A stretch of DNA of 63,767 bases, counting the filler, from Octopus bimaculoides (taxonomy: Eukaryota), in NCBI RefSeq assembly GCF_001194135.2. It is 4 parts of 4 records of this genome, joined end to end, with 100 filler letters (N's around TTAATTAATTAA, not from the genome) between each part and the next. Parts side by side here need not be neighbours in the genome. Positions count along the whole stretch, not along the records: positions 1 to 8,463 come from NC_068992.1; positions 8,564 to 32,589 come from NC_068998.1; 2 more parts are not named here. One strand, given 5' to 3'. Positions 1 through 11,793 of this stretch are shown piece by piece (position 1 is the stretch's first letter; each line of letters begins with the position of its first letter). A model generated the notes under the pieces. It had not been told where the DNA came from and searched no databases. It worked only from the letters and a program-made list of their open reading frames with translations. Made by a program: the position numbers and the translations under genes.

Positions 1-59
1 ATGAAACAAACAAAATAGAAGAATAAAAGTGTATATATATATATATATATATATACATA

Positions 60-784
60 CAGGGGTTGGACAAAATAATGGAAACACCTAGCATCATAGC
101 ATCATAATTCTGAAATATCTATAAAACCGTCAAAAGCTTGTTTATTTTTAATGTCTTTGATTTATTATTAGTGTTACTTAATACCTCGTTCAGAGATTTG
201 TTATTGCTTGATATGTTTTGCTAAAATTGCTGTTTCTTTTCAGATATCATCAGAAAACGGTAATTAAAATTCATTAAAATGACATGTCTATCGGACTTTC
301 AAAGAGGTCAAATTGTTGGTGCTCGTATGGCAGGCGCTAGCATAATGAAAACAGCCGAAATTTTTGGTGTATCAAGAAGTACTGTCTCGAAAGTAGTGAC
401 AGCCTTTGAGAAAGAGGGAAAACCCTTCTCGTCGAAACAAAACTCCGGAAGAAAACCAAAACTTTCAGATAAGGACCGTCGGATACCTGTGTGAATTGTT
501 AGAAAGGATCACAAAAGTTCAGCTCCCAAAGTTACTGCAGAGCTTAATGACCACCTCGAGAACCCAGTTTCCACAAAAACTGTTCGCCGGGAGCTGCACA
601 TAGCCGGATTTCACGGGAGGGCTGCAAGCGGGAAAAGAATTGGTCCCTAGAGCGGTGAAAGAATGTTACTTTCTCGGACGAGTCATCCTTTATCTGATTT
701 CCGACCACCAGCCGAGTATACGTGTGGAGACAGCCAAAAGAAGCATTTGATCCAGACTGTCTTCTTCCAACTGCTAAACATGGA
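60..784 (+). mobile_element. Tc1-family DNA transposon fossil (5' half), truncated by a LINE
   Basis: Starts TA|CAGGGGTTGGACAAAATAATGGAAACACC. Encodes an HTH region (LSDFQRGQIVGARMAGASIMKTAEIFGVSRSTVSKV..SGRKPKLS) and first catalytic motif VTFSDESSF..VWRQPKEAFDPDCLLPTAKHG, with in-frame stops and a deletion. Confidence 0.9.
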
Positions 785-1359
785 TTTCTTTTTATATTTT
801 CGACTGCCCATGTTTCTCTTCTCTTTCTTTTTCATGAGAGATTTTGAGTTTATTTTCAATCTCGAAGAGTTTCTCTGTCGGATGGGATTTCCTACTGTCA
901 TTAAGGTGTTTGTTTAAATGATTCGAGATCTTTATCCTACGCCGCATGAGTATTCTCCTGTCTCGAGGAATGATGTTTTTGCGTGCGTGTATTGGCTCCT
1001 TTCTCTGGGACATATTTAATGCATATGGCTCGCATTATTGACATGAATTTATTGAGTTTCATATCTATGTCTTGTATAGAGAGGCTTTTAGGCCAGTCCT
1101 GCTGGAGTATCTGTTTTTCGAGTGACCTCCAGTCAGCCTTATAGAAAATTAGGCTGAATAGGGTTTGAGCGCCATCTATGCGGAATTTATCTTTAGTTAA
1201 TTCCTGGCCATACATTGTCAGTTCTATCATGTTATGGTTGAGAATATTGTCGGTGATATATTGTGCCTGCTTGGAGTGAGAATGGTCTGCTCCGTGAATA
1301 ACATTTTCGTCAGATCAAGTCGAGATTATGCTTGATTTCACTTTTCATACGTCATTCCT
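781..1359 (-). mobile_element. CR1/L2-clade LINE ORF2 fragment (endonuclease-RT linker)
   Basis: Frameshifted NHNMIELT..FYKADWRSL..ICIKYVPEK..KNIIPRDRRILMRRRIK..IENKLKISHEKER, typical of CR1-group linkers. Ends at an N gap. Confidence 0.7.
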
Positions 1360-2713
1360 NNNNNNNNNNNNNNNNNNNNNNNNNNNNNNNNNNNNNNNNN
1401 NNNNNNNNNNNNNNNNNNNNNNNNNNNNNNNNNNNNNNNNNNNNNNNNNNNNNNNNNNNNNNNNNNNNNNNNNNNNNNNNNNNNNNNNNNNNNNNNNNNN
1501 NNNNNNNNNNNNNNNNNNNNNNNNNNNNNNNNNNNNNNNNNNNNNNNNNNNNNNNNNNNNNNNNNNNNNNNNNNNNNNNNNNNNNNNNNNNNNNNNNNNN
1601 NNNNNNNNNNNNNNNNNNNNNNNNNNNNNNNNNNNNNNNNNNNNNNNNNNNNNNNNNNNNNNNNNNNNNNNNNNNNNNNNNNNNNNNNNNNNNNNNNNNN
1701 NNNNNNNNNNNNNNNNNNNNNNNNNNNNNNNNNNNNNNNNNNNNNNNNNNNNNNNNNNNNNNNNNNNNNNNNNNNNNNNNNNNNNNNNNNNNNNNNNNNN
1801 NNNNNNNNNNNNNNNNNNNNNNNNNNNNNNNNNNNNNNNNNNNNNNNNNNNNNNNNNNNNNNNNNNNNNNNNNNNNNNNNNNNNNNNNNNNNNNNNNNNN
1901 NNNNNNNNNNNNNNNNNNNNNNNNNNNNNNNNNNNNNNNNNNNNNNNNNNNNNNNNNNNNNNNNNNNNNNNNNNNNNNNNNNNNNNNNNNNNNNNNNNNN
2001 NNNNNNNNNNNNNNNNNNNNNNNNNNNNNNNNNNNNNNNNNNNNNNNNNNNNNNNNNNNNNNNNNNNNNNNNNNNNNNNNNNNNNNNNNNNNNNNNNNNN
2101 NNNNNNNNNNNNNNNNNNNNNNNNNNNNNNNNNNNNNNNNNNNNNNNNNNNNNNNNNNNNNNNNNNNNNNNNNNNNNNNNNNNNNNNNNNNNNNNNNNNN
2201 NNNNNNNNNNNNNNNNNNNNNNNNNNNNNNNNNNNNNNNNNNNNNNNNNNNNNNNNNNNNNNNNNNNNNNTCAATTAATTTCTTTAGCTTTCTTTATTGT
2301 TTTATCTTTTCTTTTTCTTGTGGGGAAGTTTTCTTTTTTTCTTTTTTTGTCTTACTTTGTTTTTTGGTTTGTTTGTTTTTTCTCTTTCGTTTCCCTGCAG
2401 CCATCATGGAAAATGTATCATTTTTTTTGAGGGGCGGGGCGGATCGGGGGGGGGGTTGAAGTCGGCGGTGTAGCATGGACGGAAACCTGTGTTTAAATTG
2501 ATTTCCAGCAGATTTTAACATCTCTGTTATGTTGCTGTTGATGAGGAAGTGGGCTGAGAAGCAGGCGAGAACACACACACTAGATGTATAGGAAGAGGGA
2601 TAGGGGAAGGGACGGGAAGGAATCATACTTATATACGTATACATACATACATATATATGTGTATATACATACATATATACATACATACATACATACATAC
2701 ATANNNNNNNNNN

Positions 2714-2745
<32 letters not shown>

Positions 2746-2923
2746 ATACTTGTATATATTTACGTGTGTGTGTGTATGCACGTGTGTGTGTATGCTCGTG
2801 TGTGTGTATATATGAGTGCGTATGTATGTATACACTAACTCCTATGTATGCATGCAAACCATTAGGCGGAAGTCACAGAAAGTCATGTAGGAGTAAAATA
2901 ACATGAAGACCACACTGTTCCTT

Positions 2924-2993
<70 letters not shown>

Positions 2994-3943
2994 CTGCAGC
3001 AGCAGCAACAGTCGTAGTAGTAGTAGTAGTAGTTGTAGTAGTAGTAGTTGTTGTAGTAGTAGTAGTGGTGGTGGTGGTGGTGGTGGTGGTGGTGGTGGTT
3101 ATTTTGTGTGTTATTCTTGTAATCGTTGGCATACGAGTTCATCTGTGTTGTTAGCGTTGTTATTGCTGTTGTNNNNNNNNNNNNNNNNNNNNNNNNNNNN
3201 NNNNNNNNNNNNNNNNNNNNNNNNNNNNNNNNNNNNNNNNNNNNNNNNNNNNNNNNNNNNNNNNNNNNNNNNNNNNNNNNNNNNNNNNNNNNNNNNNNNN
3301 NNNNNNNNNNNNNNNNNNNNNNNNNNNNNNNNNNNNNNNNNNNNNNNNNNNNNNNNNNNNNNNNNNNNNNNNNNNNNNNNNNNNNNNNNNNNNNNNNNNN
3401 NNNNNNNNNNNNNNNNNNNNNNNNNNNNNNNNNNNNNNNNNNNNNNNNNNNNNNNNNNNNNNNNNNNNNNNNNNNNNNNNNNNNNNNNNNNNNNNNNNNN
3501 NNNNNNNNNNNNNNNNNNNNNNNNNNNNNNNNNNNNNNNNNNNNNNNNNNNNNNNNNNNNNNNNNNNNNNNNNNNNNNNNNNNNNNNNNNNNNNNNNNNN
3601 NNNNNNNNNNNNNNNNNNNNNNNNNNNNNNNNNNNNNNNNNNNNNNNNNNNNNNNNNNNNNNNNNNNNNNNNNNNNNNNNNNNNNNNNNNNNNNNNNNNN
3701 NNNNNNNNNNNNNNNNNNNNNNNNNNNNNNNNNNNNNNNNNNNNNNNNNNNNNNNNNNNNNNNNNNNNNNNNNNNNNNNNNNNNNNNNNNNNNNNNNNNN
3801 NNNNNNNNNNNNNNNNNNNNNNNNATAGGAGGGTGTATGTGCATATATACATATATGCACGCACGTACAGACACACACACATATGCATGTATTTATGTTT
3901 ATATGTATCTGATCGCACACCAATGACTGAGACAAGTAAAGGA

Positions 3944-3989
<46 letters not shown>

Positions 3990-3995
3990 ACACAC

Positions 3996-5190
3996 ACGAG
4001 GTGCGGTGAATAAATTGTCATCTAGATTAAGCAAAAATGAAAATAATACTGACATCTCATTTTAACAGATATATTTACCAAAATTGCATAAAAATATCTC
4101 AAAAAGCTAAAGAGTAAATTTCTTCAATAAAATCGCTATTGGCTTCAACCACGGCTGTCAGACGACTTCGGAATCTCCTGCTACTCTTCCGGACAGTCTC
4201 CTTGTTTAACTTAGTGAACGCTGCCATAATTCTTGCCTTCAGTTCATCTTTGGAGTTACAAGAAGTTTTGTTGGTCTTTCGCACAACTGTGCCCCACACA
4301 TAATAACCAAAAGTGCTGCAGTCTGGGGAATTAGGTGGCCAGATGTTAGGGGTGATGTAGTTGCAGAAATTGTCTGATAGCCATGACTGGGTCCTCCTAT
4401 TTGTGTGGCATAGTGCAGAGTCCTGTTACCTGACATAGGGTCTTCCAGCAGCCACCCCTTTGACCCAGGACAGCAATACCTTCTCCAGGCACTTGATGTA
4501 GGCCTCCGTGTTGAGTCTGGAGCCGTGAGGGAGAATGAATGGAGGCATGACGTCGCCATCACAAATGATCACTCTAAACACCATGATGTTGATTGGATGT
4601 TTGATTTTTATCACACTCGGTATATATTTTGGGGACACGGCAAGCCAACAGTTTTTCTGTGCGTTCACCATCTGATCCTGGCAGAAATTTTTTTCGACTC
4701 AGAAAAACCAAAGCATGTTTGATTGGAGGGGATGCTTGAGTTTATTCCAAAGCTTTGTGGAGCGGTCTTTCTCCTTGTTCTTGATGGCTTGGAATAAAAA
4801 TTGGCCCTTTCTCATCTTGTATGAGGAATACTGAATGTCTTTATGCAATACCTACCTGGTAGAAACTCAGACACTCCCATGTCCTTGACTGACTGTCAGT
4901 CATGGCCTGGATCTCACCAACAAATTCAGGAGTTCTTTTCCTATCAGAACGATTAGAGTGAGTTTTCCGAACTGCAATACCTTCGTAATCACCATTAGAT
5001 TCATCCAACTCTTTCCGAATCCTCTGCACTGTCATCAGATTACTACACAAACACTCTGAAATGTTGTTACTCTTCTCATTAATCTTGGTTTTGGTGGACG
5101 TTTTACTCAACAGGCGGACAATATTATATCAATAATCCGTAATCCAGATCTATTTTTAGCAAATATTCTCTACAATTAAATCTAATAATC
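3996..5190 (-). mobile_element. DD37D (maT-type) Tc1/mariner transposon fossil
   Basis: Decayed transposase ..KHPINIMVFRVIICDGDVMPP..YVRQQDSALCH..WPPNSPDCSTF[G]YYVWGTV..RFRSRLTAVVEANSDFIE. There are 37 residues between QQD and the expected third Asp position (mutated to G). Confidence 0.8.
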
Positions 5191-5763
5191 TAGCAATGGC
5201 AGATCCAAAATCTCAAGTGTCTTTCCTTGTTTCTTCAAAGAATTCCCACAAGCTTAACAAGTTTTATATCGTGAAGATGCCTTTTCCAGGCATCTTATTA
5301 ATGCTAAAATATCAACATATTCTGCCTTTTAACACAGTAATAATTCTCAACAAGTACGTCACATCTGTGTGTGTATATGTGTGCATGTATGTATGTATAT
5401 CATATATTGAATTATTTTTCTCTTATTATTTGTGTAACCTTATTAAGTCGCTTCCATCTTTCTCATGTTCTTCCGTGTTTTCTTCTCATTTATTCCTGTA
5501 TTTCAATGATTCAACAAGTTTTCCTGGCATCTAACTCACAATTTAGTCATCTGTGGTGGTTTTTCAGATGCTGCTGTTGTTCGGGATTTCACTCTGTAAA
5601 ATACATCTTTATACTATAAACCTTTAAGCTTTACCACCCTTTGAACTTTCTTATATTTCATTGTTAGGTCCACCACTACTACCACTACAACCACCACCAA
5701 CACCACCAGCACCGCTTCCAATTTCGACTGATCCTTTATTATTTTTATTATTATTACAATATT

Positions 5764-5990
5764 AAGGCAGCGAGCTGGCTGACTCGTTAGCACGCTGGAC
5801 GAAATGCTTAGCGGTATTTCGCTCGTCGCTGCGTTCTGAGCTCGAATTCCGCCGAGGTCGAATTTACCTTTCATCCTTTCATGGTTGGTAAATCAAGCAC
5901 GAGTTACGCATTGGTTCGATGTAAACAACTGGTCCCCTCCCTCAAAATTTCAGACCTTGTGCCTATGATAGAAGAGATTATTAATTATGA
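5764..5990 (+). mobile_element. tRNA-derived SINE family A (AAGGCGGCGAGCTGGCAGAA..GAGTTCAAATTCCGCCGAGGTCGACTTTGCC)
   Basis: Many related copies in the window: 6470-6672(-), 12820-13560(-), 14388-14600(+), 35090-35310(-), 44135-44342(-), 46290-46500(+), 56940-57130(+), 60165-60380(+). Confidence 0.8.
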
Positions 5991-7097
5991 TTTTTCCATT
6001 ACCAAGTTTCGCCTCTTCGATGCTGATCAGTATATTTTTAATTTTTTCCAAACAATTCCAGTCTTTCTCTCTCCCTTCCTTTCTCTCTCCCTTTGTGCAA
6101 ATTCTTATTCATTCATTCTTTTTCTTTGACCTTGTAACATACGACTAACTTCTGTTTCGTTATACACACCTTTCATATTCTTAAAACCAATAAAACCAAT
6201 CCTCTGGCGCTATTTTTCAACGCCATGGAAAATTCTTTCCATACTTGTTTGTCTGTTGAACAAAGGGTCCTCTCTTTCGGTTTTAATGACACTCACCCAG
6301 CATCTCTTGGTTTGCTTTGCTGAAATTAGCCTCGTTCATTACATGGAAACCACTGGATGTACGTTGTCGTTTATATTATATTTATTTTTTCTTAAACCCT
6401 AGGAATTACAAGGCCGGTTACCTGGTTCTCGTTGTTTATAAATGACTAAGATCACAACAATCCCCTGTTGCAGGAACAAGACCAGCAATTTTGAGGAAAG
6501 AGAAAAAGTCGATTACATCGACCCCCAGCACTTGAATGCTGCTTTATTTTATCAACCCTAAAAGGGATTTTTTTAAAGTGTTGACTTTGAACTCAGACCG
6601 TAAAGAGACAGAAGAAATGCAGCTAAATATTTCGTCCGTTGTGCTAACGATCTTACGAACTCGCCAGCTCTGTAAATAATGACTTTAACTAAATTTTAAA
6701 CACTTCACGTTTTGCAAGATTTATCATTTGAATTTCATTTTCAATTGTTATCAATGATTGATTTTACTTAATCGATTTCTTTTTTTTTTCTTTCACCTTA
6801 CTCTCAGCAAAGAAATGTATAGACTTCAATTTTCTCTGCATCAAATTTTTTTTTTCTCTATCTAGTATCTTCTGTCTAAACCAGCGACTCTCAGGGTTGC
6901 ATGCAGCCCTCAAGCATCATTCCGGCGGCCCTTAATAGACTTCCGTTTATAAATATAATCATTTTTTCTTTAATTGACTTATCTTTTGTTTTTTAGTGCG
7001 ACCCCCTAAAATCAATCTAGAAGAATGTCGCTTGAACACAAACCTAGGTTTGATCGACATTGCTCGGGTCTCCTGGATGAGGATGCGAATTGGGAGG

Positions 7098-7397
7098 TGA
7101 AGATGCGTGGCTTAGTGGTTAGAGCATTCGGCTCATGATCGTAAGGCCATGAGTTCGATTCCTGGCAGTGCATTATGTCCGTCAACAAGACACTTTTTTT
7201 CACCTTGCTCCAGTCCACTCGGCTGGCAAAAATGAGTTGTACATGTAATTCAAAAGGGCCAGTCTTGTCACATTCTCTGTGTGATAAGGGTACGCGTGTC
7301 TGTGGAGTACTCAGCCGTTTGCATGTTAATTTCACGAGTAGGCTGTTGCGTTGCTCAGATTAACTGGAACATTCGTCGTTGTAACCGACGGAGGGCC
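7098..7397 (+). mobile_element. SINE family C (GAAGGCGC.TGGCTTAGTGGTTAG tRNA-like head)
   Basis: A/B-box-like head (GAGTTCGATTCC). Related copies at 19612-19860(+), 23215-23420(-), 30225-30575(-), 32040-32405(-), 45243-45715(+) and 47283-47480(+). Confidence 0.75.
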
Positions 7398-7799
7398 AGT
7401 ATTATTGTGAGACCCGATTATGTGTCGAAGCACTGCATCGGTAGTTGTATATTGAATTATAATACGAACAACATTTTAGTAACACATTTCAATATTTTCA
7501 ACCAAAAGTATCAATTCTTTTATTCTTTTATGCATTTCAGTCAAAATGTGGCCATGCTGGGGCACTGCCAGTGTTATCATCTTTTCAATGGCCATTCTTT
7601 TGTGACTGGCTTCGATATTGCTGCTCTCTTTTGAGTCTCTTGATGTGATGTAGATCTGAAACCTTCGACAGCCAGAGGTCACGTTGTTTCTTGTAATCAT
7701 CTACCTCTGATCATTTAGATCTATCAGACGTTTTGGCAAAGTATTGAATAGCCATGGGCCCTTGAATCCTAAGCTATTGCAGCACTTGGTCATCACACT

Positions 7800-8420
7800 A
7801 TTTTAACAAAGATGCTACGTTCAATTTTACTACAAATATATGCAAACCCTTCAGCAGGTAACCATTGCATAGGGACTCCCTCGTTGGCAAGCAGGACGGG
7901 TGTGTAGACGAGTACAGTGAGGTGGTCGGGTGCAAAACACAAAGAATGACATAGTGTGGCACGGTACAGTCATAGAAGCAACAAACATGTCGATCTTGTA
8001 ACAATGGTAGGTAGGTTCAGCTATATAATTGGGGTGCGGGGTTTAAGTGAAGTAGCTGAATAACATGAAGGAGGGTAGGGATGTGGGGTGGGCGCGAAAC
8101 CGTAATATCATCGTCTACAAGAATGTGTCGATGCACTGCCAATGTAAACATGAGCCACCAGCGTGGACGCTTTATCAAGACAAAACAGATGGAGGTGAGT
8201 GGCGGAGGCTACGGGGATAGGTGGATGAGATGAGGTGTTGTGAGACGACGAAGTAGGGGAGAAAGTGAGGCAGGACGAAAGAAGAATGTGTGGGGGTGGA
8301 GATGGGGACGGCGAGAGGTGGTCACTGGAGAGGGAGTCGGAAAGTGTCAATAATTGGGTAGGGAGATAAGATTGTGCGGGGGGTAAGTAGGAAAAGATTG
8401 TGATTTTTAGGAGAATACGC
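7800..8420 (-). mobile_element. Penelope-like element remnant (GIY-YIG end and pLTR-like tail)
   Basis: Degenerate ..HVYIGSAST.. motif and a tail ACCTGCTGAAGG..GAACGTAGC resembling a decayed hammerhead-bearing pLTR. Confidence 0.35.
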
Positions 8421-8430
8421 AACTATATAC

Positions 8431-8463
<33 letters not shown>

Positions 8464-8563
8464 NNNNNNNNNNNNNNNNNNNNNNNNNNNNNNNNNNNNN
8501 NNNNNNNTTAATTAATTAANNNNNNNNNNNNNNNNNNNNNNNNNNNNNNNNNNNNNNNNNNNN
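8464..8563. other. Artificial scaffold spacer 44N-TTAATTAATTAA-44N
   Basis: Exactly 100 bp; the central 12-mer has stops in all six frames; identical structure occurs three times. Confidence 0.9.
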
Positions 8564-9114
8564 AGCAGCAGACGAAATACCGCTAAGCATTTCGCCTAGC
8601 GTGCTTACCGCCTTACCGCCTTACGGCTTCAACACAGTTTCTGTCTACCAAACTCACTTACAAGGCATTGGATAGCCTGGGGCTATAGTAAAAGACACTT
8701 GCTCAAGGTGCCATGCAGTGGGACTGAACCTGAAACCATGTGGTTGCAAAATGAGCTTCTTAGCCCCACAACTATGCCTGCACCTGTGTGTGTGTGCATG
8801 CGTGTGTGTGAATGTGCGCGTATCTGCATGTATGTGTGTGTGTATGCGTGTGAGAGAGAGTACGTGTGTTTGCGTTTGTCCTCCTATCACTGCTTAACAA
8901 TCACTGTTGGTTTGTTTACATCCCCATAAATGAGCATCTCAGTAAAAGAGACCAATAGAATAAATATCAGGCTTAAAAACCATAAATCCAGGGTTTGATT
9001 TACCAAGTGGTGCCCCAGCAGGGCCACTGTCCAATGACTGAACCAAATACAAAAAAGATTTTAAAAACTGAATAATGTGCTCCTGGTTTGGTTACATAAG
9101 ATGAAAAGGTCGAC

Positions 9115-10625
9115 AATTCTGTTGAGGTCGACTTTGTTTTCAATCTTTTCAGATTTCATAAAATAATTACCATTTCAGTGCTGGGCCAATGTAATCAGCT
9201 TAAACCATCCCACAAAATTACTGGCTTTGCACCAAAATCTGAGTTCAAATTCTGCCAATGTCAACTTTGTCCTTTTGGGGGGTCAATAAAATAAGAACCA
9301 GTTCAGTAATGAGGTCGATGTAATCAATTTATCCCCTCCCTCAAAATTGTTGGCCTTGCACCAAAATTCGAAGCCATTATTTAGTATGCAGAAGGGGATG
9401 AGTTGACAGAAGGTGATGAGCACACTGGGCCACATGTTTGGCAGCATTTCATCTGGCATTGTGTTCTGCTGACGTCTACTTTGCCTTTCACTCTTTCGGA
9501 GTCAATAAGAGTCATTTCAAAGGCAGCCAGCTGGCAGAACTGTTAGCACCCCAAGTGAAATGCTGAGCAGTATTTCATCTGCCTTTACATTCTGAGTTCA
9601 AATTCTGCTGAGGTCGACTTTGCCTTTCATCCTTTTGGGGTTGATAAATTAAGAACTAGTTGTGTACTGGGGTTGATCCAATCAACTGGTCCCCGCTCCA
9701 AAAATTTCAGGCCTTATGCCTGAAGTAGAAAAGAATATTGTTTTAAGGCAGCACGCTGGGCAAAATGCTTAGCAGTATATCGTCTGTCTTTATGTTCTGA
9801 GTTCAAATTCCGCCGAGGTCAACTTTGCCTTTCATCCTTTCAGGGTCGATTAATTGAGAGCTGGTTGTGTACTTGGGTCAATTTAATCAACTGGCCCCCT
9901 GCCCAAAAATTTCAGGCCTTGTGCCTAGAGCAGAAAAGAATAAGAACCATTTCAGTACTGGGGATCAATGTAATTTGACTTATCCCCTCCCACAAAATTA
10001 CTGGTATTGTGTCAAAATTTGGAATCATTATTCTGTACTCAGAAGGCAATGAGCTGGTTGAATCTTTAGAATGTCTGGCAAAATGCTTCACAGCATTTCA
10101 TCCAGTTTATTGTTCTGAGTCTAAGTTCCGCCAAGGTTGACTTTGCTTTTCGTTTTTTCGGGTTCGATAAAATAAGTACCATTTCAAAACTGGGGGCAAT
10201 GTAATCGACTTGTTCCTTCCCACAAGATTACTGGCCTTGTGCCAAAATCTGAGTTTAAATTCCAGTGATGTCAGCTTTGCCTTTCACCCTTTTGGGGGTC
10301 AATAAAATAAGAACAATTTCAGTACTGAGGTCAATGGAATTGACTTATCTCCGCCCACAAAATTATTGGTGTGTACCAAAATCTGAAGCCATCATTTTGT
10401 ATGCAGAAGAGGTTGAGCTGGCAGAACTGTTAGCATGCTGGGCAAAATGCTTCGCAGCATTTCATCCGGTTTATTGTTCTGAGTTTAAATTCTGCCAAGG
10501 TTAACTTTGTTTTTCATCCTTTTGGGGTTGATAAAATAATTACCATTTCAGAACTGGGGTCAATGTAATTGACTTGTCTCCTCCCATAAAATTATTGGCC
10601 TTGAGCCAAATTTTGAATCCATAAT
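9115..10625 (+). repeat. Head-to-tail array of about 9 full or partial family-A SINE units
   Basis: Recurring GAGTTCAAATTC..GTCRACTTTG..CATCCTTT..ATAAAATAAG..GGCCTTG(T/C)(G/A)CC blocks, all in the same orientation. Confidence 0.8.
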
Positions 10626-11199
10626 TATTTTTGCTGTCATCAGAATAAGAAGAAAATAATAACGAGGTCTCAGTCAGAAATTTATTTGTATAATGATGTT
10701 TACAGAAGCAAGACACAGACCACAAGGAAATGATTCTATTAGGAAAAGGTTGGAGAGAGGAGCTGTGAAGGGGACGATGTGGACATAAGGAATTGTGTAT
10801 CTGAGAAGGAGATGGTGGGCTGTGGAGATGGATGATGTTGGTTTGCTTAGGGATTCCATCAGAGGAGATGGATGGATGTAGAGAAGATAATGTGGACTTG
10901 TTTGAGAATTCCATCAGAGGACAGACAGAGAGATGTGGAATGGATGACGTGGGCTTGTTAAAAGCCTGTCCAATTAAGTAATTGTTGAAGTCTGTCTCTG
11001 ATAAAAGAGATAAACTAACAGAAGTTGATTCCAAAAGTTTCTGTCGATCGGTTCATGAAAATACAAAGTGAAGAAGTGGAAACGGTCTGGTTCAAGAATT
11101 ATATAAGCTGGTGGGGATGGGGGGTTTGGGTAGGTGACTAAAAATGTCAGTCTGTTCCTGGAACTCTACAGTTAAGTAGGTGTGGGAGGTGTGGGAGTG

Positions 11200-11460
11200 G
11201 TAGGGGGTGAATATTGATTTATTGCTAGAACTGTAAGTGGGAAATTGGAAATACAGACATCTTCCCGAGTTCTAAAAGTAAAGTAAAGTGGAAATATTGA
11301 TCTATTGCTGGAACGGTAAAGTGGAGAAGTGGAAATGCTGATATGACATAATCCTGAACTATAAAAGAGAAATGGAAATATTGACCTTTTCATAGAACTG
11401 TAAAAGTATGAGGTGGAACTGTTTAATATCTTCCTTATCTTTCTAGAACTGGAATTGTAA
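11200..11460. repeat. Degenerate ~40-bp minisatellite
   Basis: Recurring GTGGAAATATTGA....T..TAGAACTGTAAA-like units. Confidence 0.5.
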
Positions 11461-11740
11461 TTGATTGTGCTTCTATAAATTTCTGCAATTAATCCAAAAT
11501 CTGCAGAAATTAACCATTACTTTATTTGTTTACTCTTTTACTTGTTTCAGTCATTTGACTGTGGCCATGCTGGGGCACCACTTTTAGTCAAGCAAATCGA
11601 CCCCAGGACTTATTCTTTGTAAACCTAGTACTTATTCTATCGATCTCTTTTTGCCGAACTGCTAAGTTACGGGGACGTAAACACACCAGCATCAGTTGTC
11701 AAGCGAAGTTGGGGGTACAAACACAGACACACAAACATAT

Positions 11741-11793
<53 letters not shown>

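Noticed and set aside
2470-2545. Minus-strand exon-like HFLINSNITEMLKSAGNQFKH as a possible NELF-A C-terminal exon (QEMFKTANK-like)
   Set aside because: Similarity is superficial, the following RPEKALILGF motif is absent, and it lies beyond two scaffold joins.
1328-3993. Long ORF-track entries (300+ aa) spanning N runs; the same applies at 15959-17338, 21294-22291, 24868-25479, 60567-61018 and 62152-62742
   Set aside because: They are open only because N codons are not stops; the flanks are microsatellites.
7098-7170. SINE heads with A/B boxes as real tRNA genes (also 19612, 23340-23420, 45243, 47283)
   Set aside because: They continue into SINE bodies and lack an acceptor stem and terminator.
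8508-8519. TTAATTAATTAA as a possible piggyBac or homeodomain site (also 32634 and 49862)
   Set aside because: Always centred in exactly 100-bp N spacers, so it is synthetic padding.
9115-10625. Regularly spaced repeats as a CRISPR-like array
   Set aside because: Units are 100-200-bp diverged SINE pieces without unique spacers, in a eukaryotic context with no cas genes.
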